From the IMG/VR virus record IMGVR_UViG_3300020183_000048: 64,000 bases of DNA. One strand, given 5' to 3'. This stretch comes from an uncultured virus (IMG/VR IMGVR_UViG_3300020183_000048). Taxonomy: Duplodnaviria > Heunggongvirae > Uroviricota > Caudoviricetes. The position numbers and the translations under genes were made by a program. Below the pieces are notes generated by a model. The model was not told where the DNA came from, made no database searches, and saw nothing but the letters and a program-made list of their open reading frames with translations. Shown here piece after piece: positions 7,876-17,860 of this stretch. Positions within the stretch are counted from its first letter, which is position 1. The number at the start of each line of letters is the position of its first letter.

Positions 7876-8979
7876 TCAATAAGGGGGATTAGTCTCGATC
7901 ACAAGTTCAGGTTCTGATTCGGTTTTGACTTCAACATTTTCATCGATTTTGGTATAAAGTTCTATAAAAGATTGTTTGGTGTCTTGGTCAAATCGGTTAA
8001 CACAATATTGAATTGCCTTCATGCGATCATTAAAGATAGCAAACGCCTTTGCAATGTGGACCAAACGACGAGTAGAGATAAGTTCGTCAACTGCACCATC
8101 ATAGAAACTCTTGCGAATGACTTCTGCCCAACGAACAAGGTTCTCCACAAACGTTTCATCTGCACAATGAGAAGCAAGAATTTTCTTCTCGATAGATGCA
8201 CCAGGATAATCCTGTTCAAACGTAATCGGGAATCGTTCAAGAAATGCCTCATTCAAAACATTGGTTCCAATAAAACGACCATCATCACTACCCTTACCTT
8301 TAGTGTTAGCAGTTGCAAACACAGTGAAACCAGGAGAAGGGTAAACGTACTTACCAGTTTTCTTGAGGAAAATGCCCTTACCTTCTAGAATCGACTGCAG
8401 ACAGAGGATTTTGTTGGATGCAAGATCAATCTCATCCAAAAGAAGAACAGCACCACGACGAAGAGCCTCCACCACAGGACCATCATGCCACACAGTTTCA
8501 CCGTTGATCAATCGGAAACCACCAATCAAATCATCCTCATCAGTTTCAATCGTGATGTTGACACGAATCATTTCACGCTTAAGTTGAGCACACGCCTGTT
8601 CAACACTAAACGTTTTACCGTTACCCGAAAGACCCGTAATGAACGTAGGGTAAAAAAGACTGGACTGAATAATTTTTTTAAGATCCTTAAAGTTACCGAA
8701 CGGGACAAACGTATCATCTTTGCTAGGAATGAAGTTCTGTTGTTCCCGAACGGTAACAGCAGGTTCTGCAGAAGTAGCACTGAAACTCATTTCAAGTTTT
8801 TCTACAGCAGTGAGATTCCAACGACCACGACCAACTTTGTAATCATTAAGGTGTTTAGTAATGGTTTGATAGGTAACATTATTGTTGAGACAATATTCGT
8901 TGATGTTATTCGTAGTGATGTTTTCACCGTAGGTATTAATAAGACTATTAACGAGATTGGCGGTGTTCATGCGTTTCAT
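7876..8979 (-). CDS. cobS: MoxR-type AAA+ ATPase (cyanophage CobS-like)
   Basis: GLSGNGKT, LLLDEID, TANTKGKG, FLERF; start moved to 8979 because a promoter lies at 9010-9038. Confidence 0.88.
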   Translation of the reverse strand: MKRMNTANLVNSLINTYGENITTNNINEYCLNNNVTYQTITKHLNDYKVGRGRWNLTAVEKLEMSFSATSAEPAVTVREQQNFIPSKDDTFVPFGNFKDLKKIIQSSLFYPTFITGLSGNGKTFSVEQACAQLKREMIRVNITIETDEDDLIGGFRLINGETVWHDGPVVEALRRGAVLLLDEIDLASNKILCLQSILEGKGIFLKKTGKYVYPSPGFTVFATANTKGKGSDDGRFIGTNVLNEAFLERFPITFEQDYPGASIEKKILASHCADETFVENLVRWAEVIRKSFYDGAVDELISTRRLVHIAKAFAIFNDRMKAIQYCVNRFDQDTKQSFIELYTKIDENVEVKTESEPELVIETNPPY

Positions 8980-9009
8980 GGCGAAGGATTGATTTGTTTC
9001 AACAGAGTC

Positions 9010-9038
9010 ACTATAGGACTTTTGAGTTGTCATGTCAA
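9010..9038 (-). promoter_or_regulatory. sigma70-type early promoter
   Basis: TTGACA-N17-TATAGT. Confidence 0.7.
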
Positions 9039-11161
9039 GCAATTTGGAGGATAAACTTGGATAAGATTGTCTTATTAGACATCTTAGATCCCATATGTTT
9101 TTTGAATGCCTTGGTCAGTTCTCCCTTGGAGTTTGATTTGGCATCGATTTCTTCAGTATCTGCACCAAGACTTTTATCTACAGGAAGTAAATACAGTTCC
9201 TTAAAACCAACATCGGTAACACAAGCAGTTTTAGTTTTTTTCCATTCTTTATGAACTTGGTCTTCCTGAATAGAATCATTCACTGAAAGAAAGTTTGAAA
9301 TTTCACGCCCATGAATAATACGGAAACCAACAACATTACAATCAACAATGTTACGAAGAAACTCAATAAAAAGTTTAGTCGTTTTGCGTGGAGAGAAATT
9401 ATTCATCATCACAGAATAACGAGTAAGAGGATCAGTCAATACAAGTTTTCCATTATAAAAGTGATCCATATTCCATCGAACACTATTATAGTGTTCTTTG
9501 TGGTACTTACTCATACGATTTTTACCAGGAACTGATGCTTCCCCGTCAGTCAGAAAAATCATATTGACTTTTTCCACACGTTCCTGTTTCTGGAATTGGG
9601 AAACTACATCCCTAGATGTAAGAATAGTTTCCACAAGAGGAGTTCCAGACAAAGAGAAACGCGAAGGACAATCAATATAATAATGACGAAAACTGTGTGC
9701 AACAAACCAAATGTATTTCATTTGATCTTCAAGGAGAGAAGATTTCATTTTAGAACTAAACAGTTCCAGCAAACGAAAATCCTGACAATAATATACGTCT
9801 TTTTCGGAACGGTCAATAACAACATCTTTAGTATCATCATACTTCTCATAATAATCATATGCAGTCATACGATTATCACTAAAAGCATAAACACGGAAAG
9901 GGATGTTAACTTTTTTACAAAACCAAACCAGGTTATAGAGTTGTTTTACAGTGTCTGGCATTGCATCACTCATGGAACCAGACCAATCAATGAACATGAC
10001 AAGTCCATGATTCTTACCATCAGAAACATTAGTAACTTTTTTGAAAAGATCTTCGTTCCATTTGTAAGTATGAAGCTTACTCATGTTAAGAATACCAGTG
10101 GAAGAAACTGCAGCGCGACTGTATTGTGATGCTGCCTTCTTACACTCAAATTCTTTAACCAGATAGTTGACAGTCTTTACGGTTGAACGTTTGAACGACT
10201 GATAATCCTCACAACAGGTGGAATACCAACTATGACTTTCAATTTCAGATTTATAAAAAGAAGAAAGTTCCTCATGCAATTCATTAAAGGGAATAATGAT
10301 ATTATCTAGATTTGACTTGGGAACATTTACATAAACATAATCCCTTGCACGTTCATCAACAAGATCTTCCTGGTTACGACTCCATGCTTCATCCGTCACA
10401 CTTTCAGTTTGAGGAACATGTGGTTCAGTTCCATCAGAAGATACTGGAGGTTTAGTTTGACTTTCCTGTTGATTAGAATCCAAAGATTGTTCCTGAAGTT
10501 CATCTTCACTTTCTGAATCACCAGGATCTTGTCGTTCAGATTTTTCTTGACTTTGACCAGAAGAATTTTGTTGAGACTGTCCCTTAGTAACTACTTCTTG
10601 AATTTCTTCATCTTTTTTCTTGGAATACTCATAGATCATATGAGCAACTTCTACTGCTTGTTCAAAAGTTTCTACATCAGAAACAAGATTTAGATAATAC
10701 TTTTCTTCATCAGAAAACTTAACAGTATCAAAACCAGCATGAAGACCGATCTTAAAATACAGATTGATACGGTCAATCAGACTCAGTTTTTCGGAAGGAA
10801 CATTTTTTACTTCAAAGAAATCACGATCATGTAGTTCATTATAACCACGGAAAAAGTTCTTGGTCAGACCAGGATACTGACGTTTGATCAGTTTTTCAAT
10901 ACGAGCATCTTCAACAACGTTGATAAAAGACTTAGGAATATCGTTCTTAAAAGGAGAAGCGGGTGTATAGAGAGCATGACCAACTTCATGTCCTACAAGA
11001 AGATCATATACATCACTGGAAATATTTTTCCAGACAGGAAGAAAAAGGATACGCTGTTCAACATCAAACGCAGCTGTAGACACGTTGCGGTGTTCGATAA
11101 ACAGGTTTTCGGTTGCAAGAAGTTTTGCAAGTTGACCTTTAACTTCTTTATTGACAGACAT
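9035..11161 (-). CDS. HExxH peptidase-like plus vWA domain protein (CobT-like MoxR partner)
   Basis: HEVGH, NVVEDARIE, MIDAS DWSGS, GTPL, LTDG; start at 11161 or 11179. Confidence 0.85.
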   Translation of the reverse strand: MSVNKEVKGQLAKLLATENLFIEHRNVSTAAFDVEQRILFLPVWKNISSDVYDLLVGHEVGHALYTPASPFKNDIPKSFINVVEDARIEKLIKRQYPGLTKNFFRGYNELHDRDFFEVKNVPSEKLSLIDRINLYFKIGLHAGFDTVKFSDEEKYYLNLVSDVETFEQAVEVAHMIYEYSKKKDEEIQEVVTKGQSQQNSSGQSQEKSERQDPGDSESEDELQEQSLDSNQQESQTKPPVSSDGTEPHVPQTESVTDEAWSRNQEDLVDERARDYVYVNVPKSNLDNIIIPFNELHEELSSFYKSEIESHSWYSTCCEDYQSFKRSTVKTVNYLVKEFECKKAASQYSRAAVSSTGILNMSKLHTYKWNEDLFKKVTNVSDGKNHGLVMFIDWSGSMSDAMPDTVKQLYNLVWFCKKVNIPFRVYAFSDNRMTAYDYYEKYDDTKDVVIDRSEKDVYYCQDFRLLELFSSKMKSSLLEDQMKYIWFVAHSFRHYYIDCPSRFSLSGTPLVETILTSRDVVSQFQKQERVEKVNMIFLTDGEASVPGKNRMSKYHKEHYNSVRWNMDHFYNGKLVLTDPLTRYSVMMNNFSPRKTTKLFIEFLRNIVDCNVVGFRIIHGREISNFLSVNDSIQEDQVHKEWKKTKTACVTDVGFKELYLLPVDKSLGADTEEIDAKSNSKGELTKAFKKHMGSKMSNKTILSKFILQIA

Positions 11162-11185
11162 GATTGGTCTCGTGAACATGGAACT

Positions 11186-11214
11186 ACAATACAAAAAAAA
11201 ATTTGAGGTGTCAA
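11186..11214 (-). promoter_or_regulatory. sigma70-type early promoter
   Basis: TTGACA-N17-TATTGT. Confidence 0.65.
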
Positions 11215-11235
11215 CCTCAGATTGATAAGTATCTT

Positions 11236-12957
11236 TTATAGCTTTTCTTCCACACGACTAAAGTTTTTATGTTTATCAAATTTAAGAACTCGTTCGAACT
11301 TATCCACAAGAATATCTCCTTTGTGAGAAATGATAAAGATGTTTGTTTCCTTATCAATACCACGAATAATTCTCATGAAATCATCTGTACCAGCAACATC
11401 CAAAGAACTATCAAATACTTCATCCAGAATTAACAGATTTGTATTTGCAGAATTTTTTAGTTTTGCAATTGCCCTCCAAGTAAACATTAAAGAAAGGTCA
11501 ATACGCATCTTTTCACCTTCAGAAAAAGATGTATAACTGAAATCATTTTTATTTGTTGAAAGAATGTGTTCTTCGAAATTATCATCAAACGTAAAATTGA
11601 TGTAAAAGTCCATCATCTGCAGATATTTGTTGATCAGATTGTTCATCACAGGCAAATACTTTTTGACAATCTGAGATTTAATTCCAGTATCTTTTAGCAA
11701 CGACAGAACAGTATCATGATTAGATTTTTGGGATCTCAAAATACCATAAGTCTTACTCATGTCAATTCCAGTTTCTACAAGACCATTTAGTTTTTCTTCT
11801 TCAACCGCAATGTTTGCACTATTGTTTTTTATTTCAGCAATTTCATCACGAATATCATTCTTGATTTTATTGAGTTTTTCAGATGAATATATTATTTTTT
11901 GAACCTCAAATAACAGATCATTAATTTCACTAGATATCGAATTTTTCTGATTCATGATATCAGTGATCTTAATAATTTCCTTTTCTAATTTGTCAACTGC
12001 AGTTTTATGCTTTTTGATTTTAGATCCAGTCTGTTTGATTTGAGTTAATTTAAAACCTTCAGTGATAGTTTGTGTACATGTTGGGCAACTATCATTCTTT
12101 TCAAAAAACTTTTGGAGATTGAGTTGCTGTTTTTGTTCACTCAGAACTTGATTTTTCGAAGATTCCAAATCTCTAATTTTTACTCCAACATCACCGAACT
12201 GTTCTAGTTGTTCTTTCTTATCTTCTATTTGTTTGTGAAGTTGTACGAGAGATTCTTCATTGCGAGTGATCTCTTCTTCATATTGAAGAATCTTATTTTC
12301 TTTATTTGAAATATTTTTTTCACTATGAGTTTTAAGTTCTTTGATAAACTTTTTCTGTACTTCTAATTTTTCTTTGATTAAATCAAGATCAGAAGTAATT
12401 GTCTTGAGTTGTTCACCAATAAGTTTAGATCTTTCTTTGAGGATGATATTCATTGTGGTAAAGATTTTAATATCAAGAAGATCTTCAATAACTTCACGTC
12501 TTCCTGCAGCAGGAAGTTGCATAAAAGGAATAAATGTACTTGATCCCAAAATAACAATTTGAGTGAAAGATTTGTAGTTTAATTTCAGAACAGTTTGTTC
12601 TAAAAACTTTTGATCGTCTTTAACATCTGATCTCTGACTTTGAAGCAAACCATTTTTATGGATCTCAAAAATGTTCGGTTTCATTCCTCTGCGAACCAAC
12701 CAATTGTTTGGACCAATTTGAAATTCAACTTCAACCAAACAATCACTGTTGTTGATTGAGTTGATAAGTTGATTCTTATTTACTTTACGAAATGACTTAT
12801 TGAACAATGCAAAAACAATAGCCTCTATCATGGTACTTTTTCCAGCACCATTTGACCCCACAACAAGAGTACTATTATATTTGTCTAATTGAACTTCAAT
12901 AGGTACATTGCCACAAGACAGAAAATTCTTGTAACTAATTTTTTTAAATAAAATCAT
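11236..12957 (-). CDS. gp46: recombination endonuclease ATPase subunit (SbcC/Rad50-like)
   Basis: GSNGAGKST, CPTC zinc hook, FSEGE, LILDEVFD. Confidence 0.96.
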   Translation of the reverse strand: MILFKKISYKNFLSCGNVPIEVQLDKYNSTLVVGSNGAGKSTMIEAIVFALFNKSFRKVNKNQLINSINNSDCLVEVEFQIGPNNWLVRRGMKPNIFEIHKNGLLQSQRSDVKDDQKFLEQTVLKLNYKSFTQIVILGSSTFIPFMQLPAAGRREVIEDLLDIKIFTTMNIILKERSKLIGEQLKTITSDLDLIKEKLEVQKKFIKELKTHSEKNISNKENKILQYEEEITRNEESLVQLHKQIEDKKEQLEQFGDVGVKIRDLESSKNQVLSEQKQQLNLQKFFEKNDSCPTCTQTITEGFKLTQIKQTGSKIKKHKTAVDKLEKEIIKITDIMNQKNSISSEINDLLFEVQKIIYSSEKLNKIKNDIRDEIAEIKNNSANIAVEEEKLNGLVETGIDMSKTYGILRSQKSNHDTVLSLLKDTGIKSQIVKKYLPVMNNLINKYLQMMDFYINFTFDDNFEEHILSTNKNDFSYTSFSEGEKMRIDLSLMFTWRAIAKLKNSANTNLLILDEVFDSSLDVAGTDDFMRIIRGIDKETNIFIISHKGDILVDKFERVLKFDKHKNFSRVEEKL

Positions 12958-13219
12958 ACTTGTTGTTAACAGATGGAATAACGAAATCTTCAGACGTGAT
13001 AACGCAGTAATTATAACCCAAATGGATACAGGCTTGCAAGGCCTCTTCTGTGTCTAGTTCAAAAACTTCAAGTTCGGAAAACCCGTCCGATTCAAGAAGA
13101 CCAGCATATCTGTTTGCATCATCTTCTTCCTGAAATATTTGCAGAACTTTAAGTCCTTCACTAGTTTCTATGGCATATGCACCATCCTGTTTATTTCCTT
13201 TTTGAATTAGAACATACAT
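12944..13219 (-). CDS. DUF3110-like protein
   Basis: GAYA...LQIFQEEDDANRYAGLLE...FVIP; TAATG coupling at 13219. Confidence 0.7.
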   Translation of the reverse strand: MYVLIQKGNKQDGAYAIETSEGLKVLQIFQEEDDANRYAGLLESDGFSELEVFELDTEEALQACIHLGYNYCVITSEDFVIPSVNNKYDFI

Positions 13220-14265
13220 TACTGTAATTCGCAAGCTTCTGTGTAAATCGATTTCATGATACTTTTTAGTTCAGACTTATCATGTACATCATTCATATCT
13301 TCTATATATGCGTTAAGAATAGTAAGAGTATCTTCACATTCAAAGTTAGATTGATCTAGTTCAGAATCTAAGTTAAAGTTTTCTACAATTTTTACTTCAT
13401 GACAACCAGACTCATAAAGTTTGTTCACAAACAAATCAAAATCAGTCAATCTCTTTTTTTGTTCTACAATTAATTTTACATAGGTTTTTTTGTATGGTTC
13501 TAGGTCCAAGTTCCTATAATTGAATTTTGTATCATTATAATAGATTTTTTTGAACATTTCATTGGGGTTTTTAATGAAGGCTATTTGTAGGGTATCCGTA
13601 TCAAACAAATGAAAACCCCGAGTATCACCATAATCATTCCAATAAAGTTGATATGGATTTCCAAGATATTCAATATTATCTTTTTTTGATTTGTGATGAA
13701 AGTGACCACTGAATACTTTTTTAAATTTTTTAAAAATATCAGAATTCATTCCACCCTCAAAGAAGTGACCAGGAGTTGCCATAAAACCATTTAGTTCCAA
13801 ATGACCCATAGCAATTTCAGCATCAGTCTTGTTAATATGTTCTATTAATTGTTCTTTATTTTCAGAATTAACCCAGGGAACCATTGTAATTTTTCTACCA
13901 TCAACAACAATATCATTAATGTCGGAAATGATATTTATATTGTCGTATTCCCTAAGAACTAGATCTGGTGTATTAATATTGTTGGTGTTTTTATAATATG
14001 CTGTATGATTACCGACAATCATATTAATCTGAATACCCATTGACTTAAGTTTGTCATAGTACTCTCTTTTAATTCTTTCGAGAGCACACAGATCTACTCC
14101 TTTTCTATTATCAAATGTATCACCCAAATCTAAAATGGTAGTAACTTTATATTTTTCAAGTGTTGGAAAAAACACTTCATTGTAGAATTTCATGAAATAC
14201 TCCCAAAAGATTTGGGAATTTTTTCTTCCGTCTAGATGCTGATCAGTAATAATTGCAGTAATCAT
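13219..14265 (-). CDS. gp47: recombination endonuclease nuclease subunit (SbcD/Mre11-like)
   Basis: TDQH, LGDTFD, GNH, GHLE, SGHFH metallophosphoesterase motifs. Confidence 0.96.
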   Translation of the reverse strand: MITAIITDQHLDGRKNSQIFWEYFMKFYNEVFFPTLEKYKVTTILDLGDTFDNRKGVDLCALERIKREYYDKLKSMGIQINMIVGNHTAYYKNTNNINTPDLVLREYDNINIISDINDIVVDGRKITMVPWVNSENKEQLIEHINKTDAEIAMGHLELNGFMATPGHFFEGGMNSDIFKKFKKVFSGHFHHKSKKDNIEYLGNPYQLYWNDYGDTRGFHLFDTDTLQIAFIKNPNEMFKKIYYNDTKFNYRNLDLEPYKKTYVKLIVEQKKRLTDFDLFVNKLYESGCHEVKIVENFNLDSELDQSNFECEDTLTILNAYIEDMNDVHDKSELKSIMKSIYTEACELQ

Positions 14266-14750
14266 TTCTTGTTTCTGACCTCAAGATTTTCTTTAATAGA
14301 ATTCATTTCAGAATTATCATACCCCATGATACTAGAGTCTGCACTAAAAACTTCTGCAAATGAAGATTTTTCAAGTAGCCTATTCTTGATTTCAAGTTGT
14401 TTCTTTTCCTTAGAGATTCTCCTCAGAAAAGCAAAGTAAATAATCTGAGTAAAATATGCAAAGGGATTTTTAGATTTTTCTGGATCAAAATTATCAATGT
14501 ATTGAATACAATTTTCAATACCATCACAGATCATATCTTCCTTGAACATATAGTTCACAAAATTAGGACGATAAGATAAGTGAGTTGCAATTTTTAAAAT
14601 ACAAGATCCTATGTAATCTGGAATTTTTGGTTTGGGTAAATCATTTTCTCTTGCATCAATAACCTTTTTCCTGTAAACAATCATTGCTTCAAACAGTTCT
14701 TTGTTATTGACATAATGATCTTTTGTTGGATCTTCTCTTGTTTTTCTCAT
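14262..14750 (-). CDS. gp55: late transcription sigma factor
   Basis: HYVNNKE...NFVNY...DMICDGIENC...NPFAYFTQIIYFAFLRRI. Confidence 0.96.
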   Translation of the reverse strand: MRKTREDPTKDHYVNNKELFEAMIVYRKKVIDARENDLPKPKIPDYIGSCILKIATHLSYRPNFVNYMFKEDMICDGIENCIQYIDNFDPEKSKNPFAYFTQIIYFAFLRRISKEKKQLEIKNRLLEKSSFAEVFSADSSIMGYDNSEMNSIKENLEVRNKK

Positions 14751-14776
14751 GGTTTGTTGATCGGTGGCGTGTAGTC

Positions 14777-14804
14777 ATTCTAACACACATTTCAAAAAAA
14801 TCAA
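14777..14804 (-). promoter_or_regulatory. sigma70-type promoter for gp55
   Basis: TTGATT-N16-TAGAAT with TG just upstream of the -10. Confidence 0.55.
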
Positions 14805-14810
14805 GGGCCC

Positions 14811-14840
14811 TTGACAAGGCGACCCTTTTATGTGTATAAT
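14811..14840 (+). promoter_or_regulatory. sigma70-type promoter, antisense orientation
   Basis: TTGACA-N18-TATAAT on plus strand. Confidence 0.6.
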
Positions 14841-14877
14841 AACTCTGCCAAGGTTCAATAATTATTATTTGAGTTAC

Positions 14878-15309
14878 TTAGCTATTAGAGTTACCTTCAA
14901 AGATCTTTTCAAGTTTCTTTCTAGCTTCTTCAATACTATCTACTAAACCCATCTCTTTGGTAACGTTTATTTTATTTTCAGAATCAACTTCACTGGTTGA
15001 TTTTTTTTGATTTTTTCTTTTACTAATACTATACATACTGATAATTCTTGGATCAGCTTCTCCAATTGTAATTACTTTTTCTTTTTCAAGATAAAAAATT
15101 TCATCTAAACTAAATTTCATCCAAGGACAAAAATCAACTCTCCATGCTTGACCAGCTGGAGTTTCAACCATCTCATACATGATTTCAAATGGATTTTCAA
15201 TAATAAATCCATCTTCATCATCTTCATTAATAATAATTTTGGCTACAATATCTTCTCCAGTGATTAATTTAATTACAGCATAAAATTGATCTATATTATC
15301 TAAGTTCAT
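14878..15309 (-). CDS. conserved cyanophage protein (Sm-like fold)
   Basis: FYAVIKLITGEDIVA...PWMKFS...EEARKKLEKIF. Confidence 0.75.
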   Translation of the reverse strand: MNLDNIDQFYAVIKLITGEDIVAKIIINEDDEDGFIIENPFEIMYEMVETPAGQAWRVDFCPWMKFSLDEIFYLEKEKVITIGEADPRIISMYSISKRKNQKKSTSEVDSENKINVTKEMGLVDSIEEARKKLEKIFEGNSNS

Positions 15310-16781
15310 ATGTTCTCCCTTAAATTGACAGGAATAATTTCATAATTAAAATTTTCTTCGGAATATATTTTTATTCTTTCTGTTAAATGATTAAGAGTAT
15401 AATTTCTTCTTCCATCAGATGAAATATCATCTGCAATATCATATAACGTAGCTACTGTTTTGTTATCTCCTTTTCTTAATACACGACCAATAGATTGAAG
15501 ATTTCGAATACGTGATTTAGAAGGTGATGCGAAAATAACGTTATGAAGATTGCGAATATTAATTCCAGTAGAGAAAGTTCCATAACTAGCAACAATAATT
15601 GCATCTTTTTCATTTTCTGTTATTTCTCTGATTTCTTCTCTTTCTTCTGTATCTACACCCCCATAAACAAGAAATACTTTTCTATTGTCAGACACATGAA
15701 TATTTATCATTTCATGAAGCAGTAAACCGTGCTTCTCAACGTAAGAAAAAAGTACTAGTGTATTTCCAGTAAGATCTTTACACAAGTTACGGATAAATTT
15801 GTTTCTAGATTTATGAGAAACAAGATACTCAACTTCTTCTTGATAATTAGCAAATGGTGTATATTCGTGTTTCAATAAGAGAATATTAATTTTTAAATTT
15901 GATAAGTGTCCTTTGTCAATAAGTTCTGAAGTATTAACAACTTTTTTGACTGGACCAAATAATCCTTCCAGGACTAACTTGTTGACATTAGTTCCATCAA
16001 GTGTTCCAGTAAAACCAACCCTATATTTACAGGTATGTAATTTTGACATGATACCTGTTAATGACTTTGCTTTAAATAAATGTGCTTCATCACCGACAAC
16101 AGAATCAAATTGTTCAAACCATTTTTTTGGCATCTTATAAATCGATTGCCAGGTTGAAACTACAATTTGTTTTTCTGTTGTCTTTGGACTACCAGCATAT
16201 ATTTTATGACAGTAAAAATCAGAGTCCCATCCATATTGTTTAAAATCTTTTGTTAATTGTTCAACCAAAGAAGTAGTAGGAACAATAATTAATGTCTTAT
16301 GATTTTTTGATACAAAATATCTACAGATACAGTAGATTATCATTGATTTACCAGATGCAGTAGGAGATAACAAAAGCTTTCTAAAATGTTTTAAAGCTTC
16401 ATATATTCCTTTGTATTGGTAATCTCTGAGTTTCATTGGTATGTTTAGTGATTTAACAAAATCACCAATACCCTCTGGAGTTATTTCTTCGTTCTTTTCG
16501 TTCGGCAAACCAAAATACTTATTGTCTTCTAGTTCATACGAATAATTTTTACTTTTTAAATACTCAATTAGATAATCATAAAGACCACAATATAATTCAC
16601 CGTTTAGTGGAGAAAATAATTTTATTTTTCCATCCCAATGTCTTGATCTATATTGTGGCATGAACTTAAAGTTCGGAACCTCAAATGTAAATATCTCGGA
16701 TAGTTCATATTTAATATGTGGTTCACACTCTAATGTTAAATATGTTTCGTTTTTTTTCTTTATAATTACCTGACTCATCAA
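15306..16781 (-). CDS. uvsW: RNA-DNA/DNA helicase UvsW
   Basis: SPTASGKS, GDEAH, QSIGRVLR. Confidence 0.96.
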   Translation of the reverse strand: MMSQVIIKKKNETYLTLECEPHIKYELSEIFTFEVPNFKFMPQYRSRHWDGKIKLFSPLNGELYCGLYDYLIEYLKSKNYSYELEDNKYFGLPNEKNEEITPEGIGDFVKSLNIPMKLRDYQYKGIYEALKHFRKLLLSPTASGKSMIIYCICRYFVSKNHKTLIIVPTTSLVEQLTKDFKQYGWDSDFYCHKIYAGSPKTTEKQIVVSTWQSIYKMPKKWFEQFDSVVGDEAHLFKAKSLTGIMSKLHTCKYRVGFTGTLDGTNVNKLVLEGLFGPVKKVVNTSELIDKGHLSNLKINILLLKHEYTPFANYQEEVEYLVSHKSRNKFIRNLCKDLTGNTLVLFSYVEKHGLLLHEMINIHVSDNRKVFLVYGGVDTEEREEIREITENEKDAIIVASYGTFSTGINIRNLHNVIFASPSKSRIRNLQSIGRVLRKGDNKTVATLYDIADDISSDGRRNYTLNHLTERIKIYSEENFNYEIIPVNLRENI

Positions 16782-17210
16782 TTACACACCCTGCATGAAT
16801 TTTTGCCAATCAATACAATTTTTAATTTGAAAACCTCTAATATTAATATTTTCTAATACTTTTTCTAGAAAGTTCACTAACTCCTTATAATAGAAAATTT
16901 TATATTGTAATTTTTGAAGATCTTTATCTGAATCAAGATAGATTGGTAAATCTTGTTTTAACACTTTAATATCAAAAGGATTTTCTTTATAAATTTCTAC
17001 ATCTGCCCTCCCAGAATAATATTCCCATTTTTCACGAAGTAATATTTTATATTCATATTCTTTTTGTGTCTTAATTAATTTAAAGTCAGATAAAAAATTA
17101 AGATATTTACTATGAAGTTGAGGAATTTTTAATGATTCAATATCTAAAACATCTTCATCAATTTTAGAATCCTCTGACCACATAGTTTTCAATGATTCAA
17201 GATCAATCAT
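16782..17210 (-). CDS. uvsY: recombination mediator UvsY
   Basis: DSKID...SLKIPQLHSKY...YYSG...RGFQIKNCIDW. Confidence 0.9.
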   Translation of the reverse strand: MIDLESLKTMWSEDSKIDEDVLDIESLKIPQLHSKYLNFLSDFKLIKTQKEYEYKILLREKWEYYSGRADVEIYKENPFDIKVLKQDLPIYLDSDKDLQKLQYKIFYYKELVNFLEKVLENINIRGFQIKNCIDWQKFMQGV

Positions 17211-17788
17211 AAATTAGTTCCATCCAGTTTCAAAATATGATACATTGAGTATTTAAATGATACATTTCCAGTTAAGTATTCTGTATCGGAGTAAGTACTA
17301 TCAAACTCCAAAGTATTTAGGCTAATTGGAAAACAGTCATCAAATACAACTTGGAATTTTGGATTCATGTTAGAATTTAAAATATATAAAATTCCTGTAC
17401 TGTATGTTGCTCCTCTTCTGTAATAACCTTTATCAGACATTTCAATGTCATCGGCATTGTTTTGTTCATTTACCATTTCTTGAAATGATTCTGGATGTCC
17501 TAATGTTCTAATCCATCTGTGAATCTCCATATAATTTTGAAGATCTTCGTCAATCATGAAACGGATATTTAAATCATCAAAATCAACTTCATCACCAGGA
17601 ATAGGTAATGTATTATATAAAGTATTTTGATATGCAACTTGTAAACTAATTCCAGGAATATTTGCTGCTTGACAAAAGAATTCAACTCCAGGACATTTTC
17701 TGATAACAAATTTAAAATTAATTCCAGAAAGAAAATTTCTGTTTTCTAACTGTCTGGTTTTATACGGAAGATTTCCAGTGTTTTCCAT
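17207..17788 (-). CDS. gp3: tail tube terminator/completion protein
   Basis: NFLSG...VEFFCQAANIPGISL...FMIDEDLQNY. Confidence 0.88.
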   Translation of the reverse strand: MENTGNLPYKTRQLENRNFLSGINFKFVIRKCPGVEFFCQAANIPGISLQVAYQNTLYNTLPIPGDEVDFDDLNIRFMIDEDLQNYMEIHRWIRTLGHPESFQEMVNEQNNADDIEMSDKGYYRRGATYSTGILYILNSNMNPKFQVVFDDCFPISLNTLEFDSTYSDTEYLTGNVSFKYSMYHILKLDGTNL

Positions 17789-17814
17789 GCTCTACCCTTT
17801 TTAAATATTTAGAT

Positions 17815-17840
17815 AAAAAAAGAGGGTCCGAAGACCCTCT
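17815..17840 (-). terminator. rho-independent terminator after gp23
   Basis: AGAGGGTC-TTCG-GACCCTCT-TTTTTT (CUUCGG tetraloop). Confidence 0.9.
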
Positions 17841-17860
17841 GAAAAATATGTGAATCGAAA

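Noticed and set aside
7457..10129. Long plus-strand ORFs (e.g. 8485..9054, 9596..10129)
   Set aside because: They are antisense to well-conserved genes and lack motifs and SD sequences; expected from codon bias
7876..11161. cobS/cobT as cobalamin-biosynthesis auxiliary metabolic genes
   Set aside because: A MoxR AAA+/vWA pair is common in T4-like cyanophages; there is no cobN or other cob gene here, so it is neither novel nor evidence of B12 synthesis
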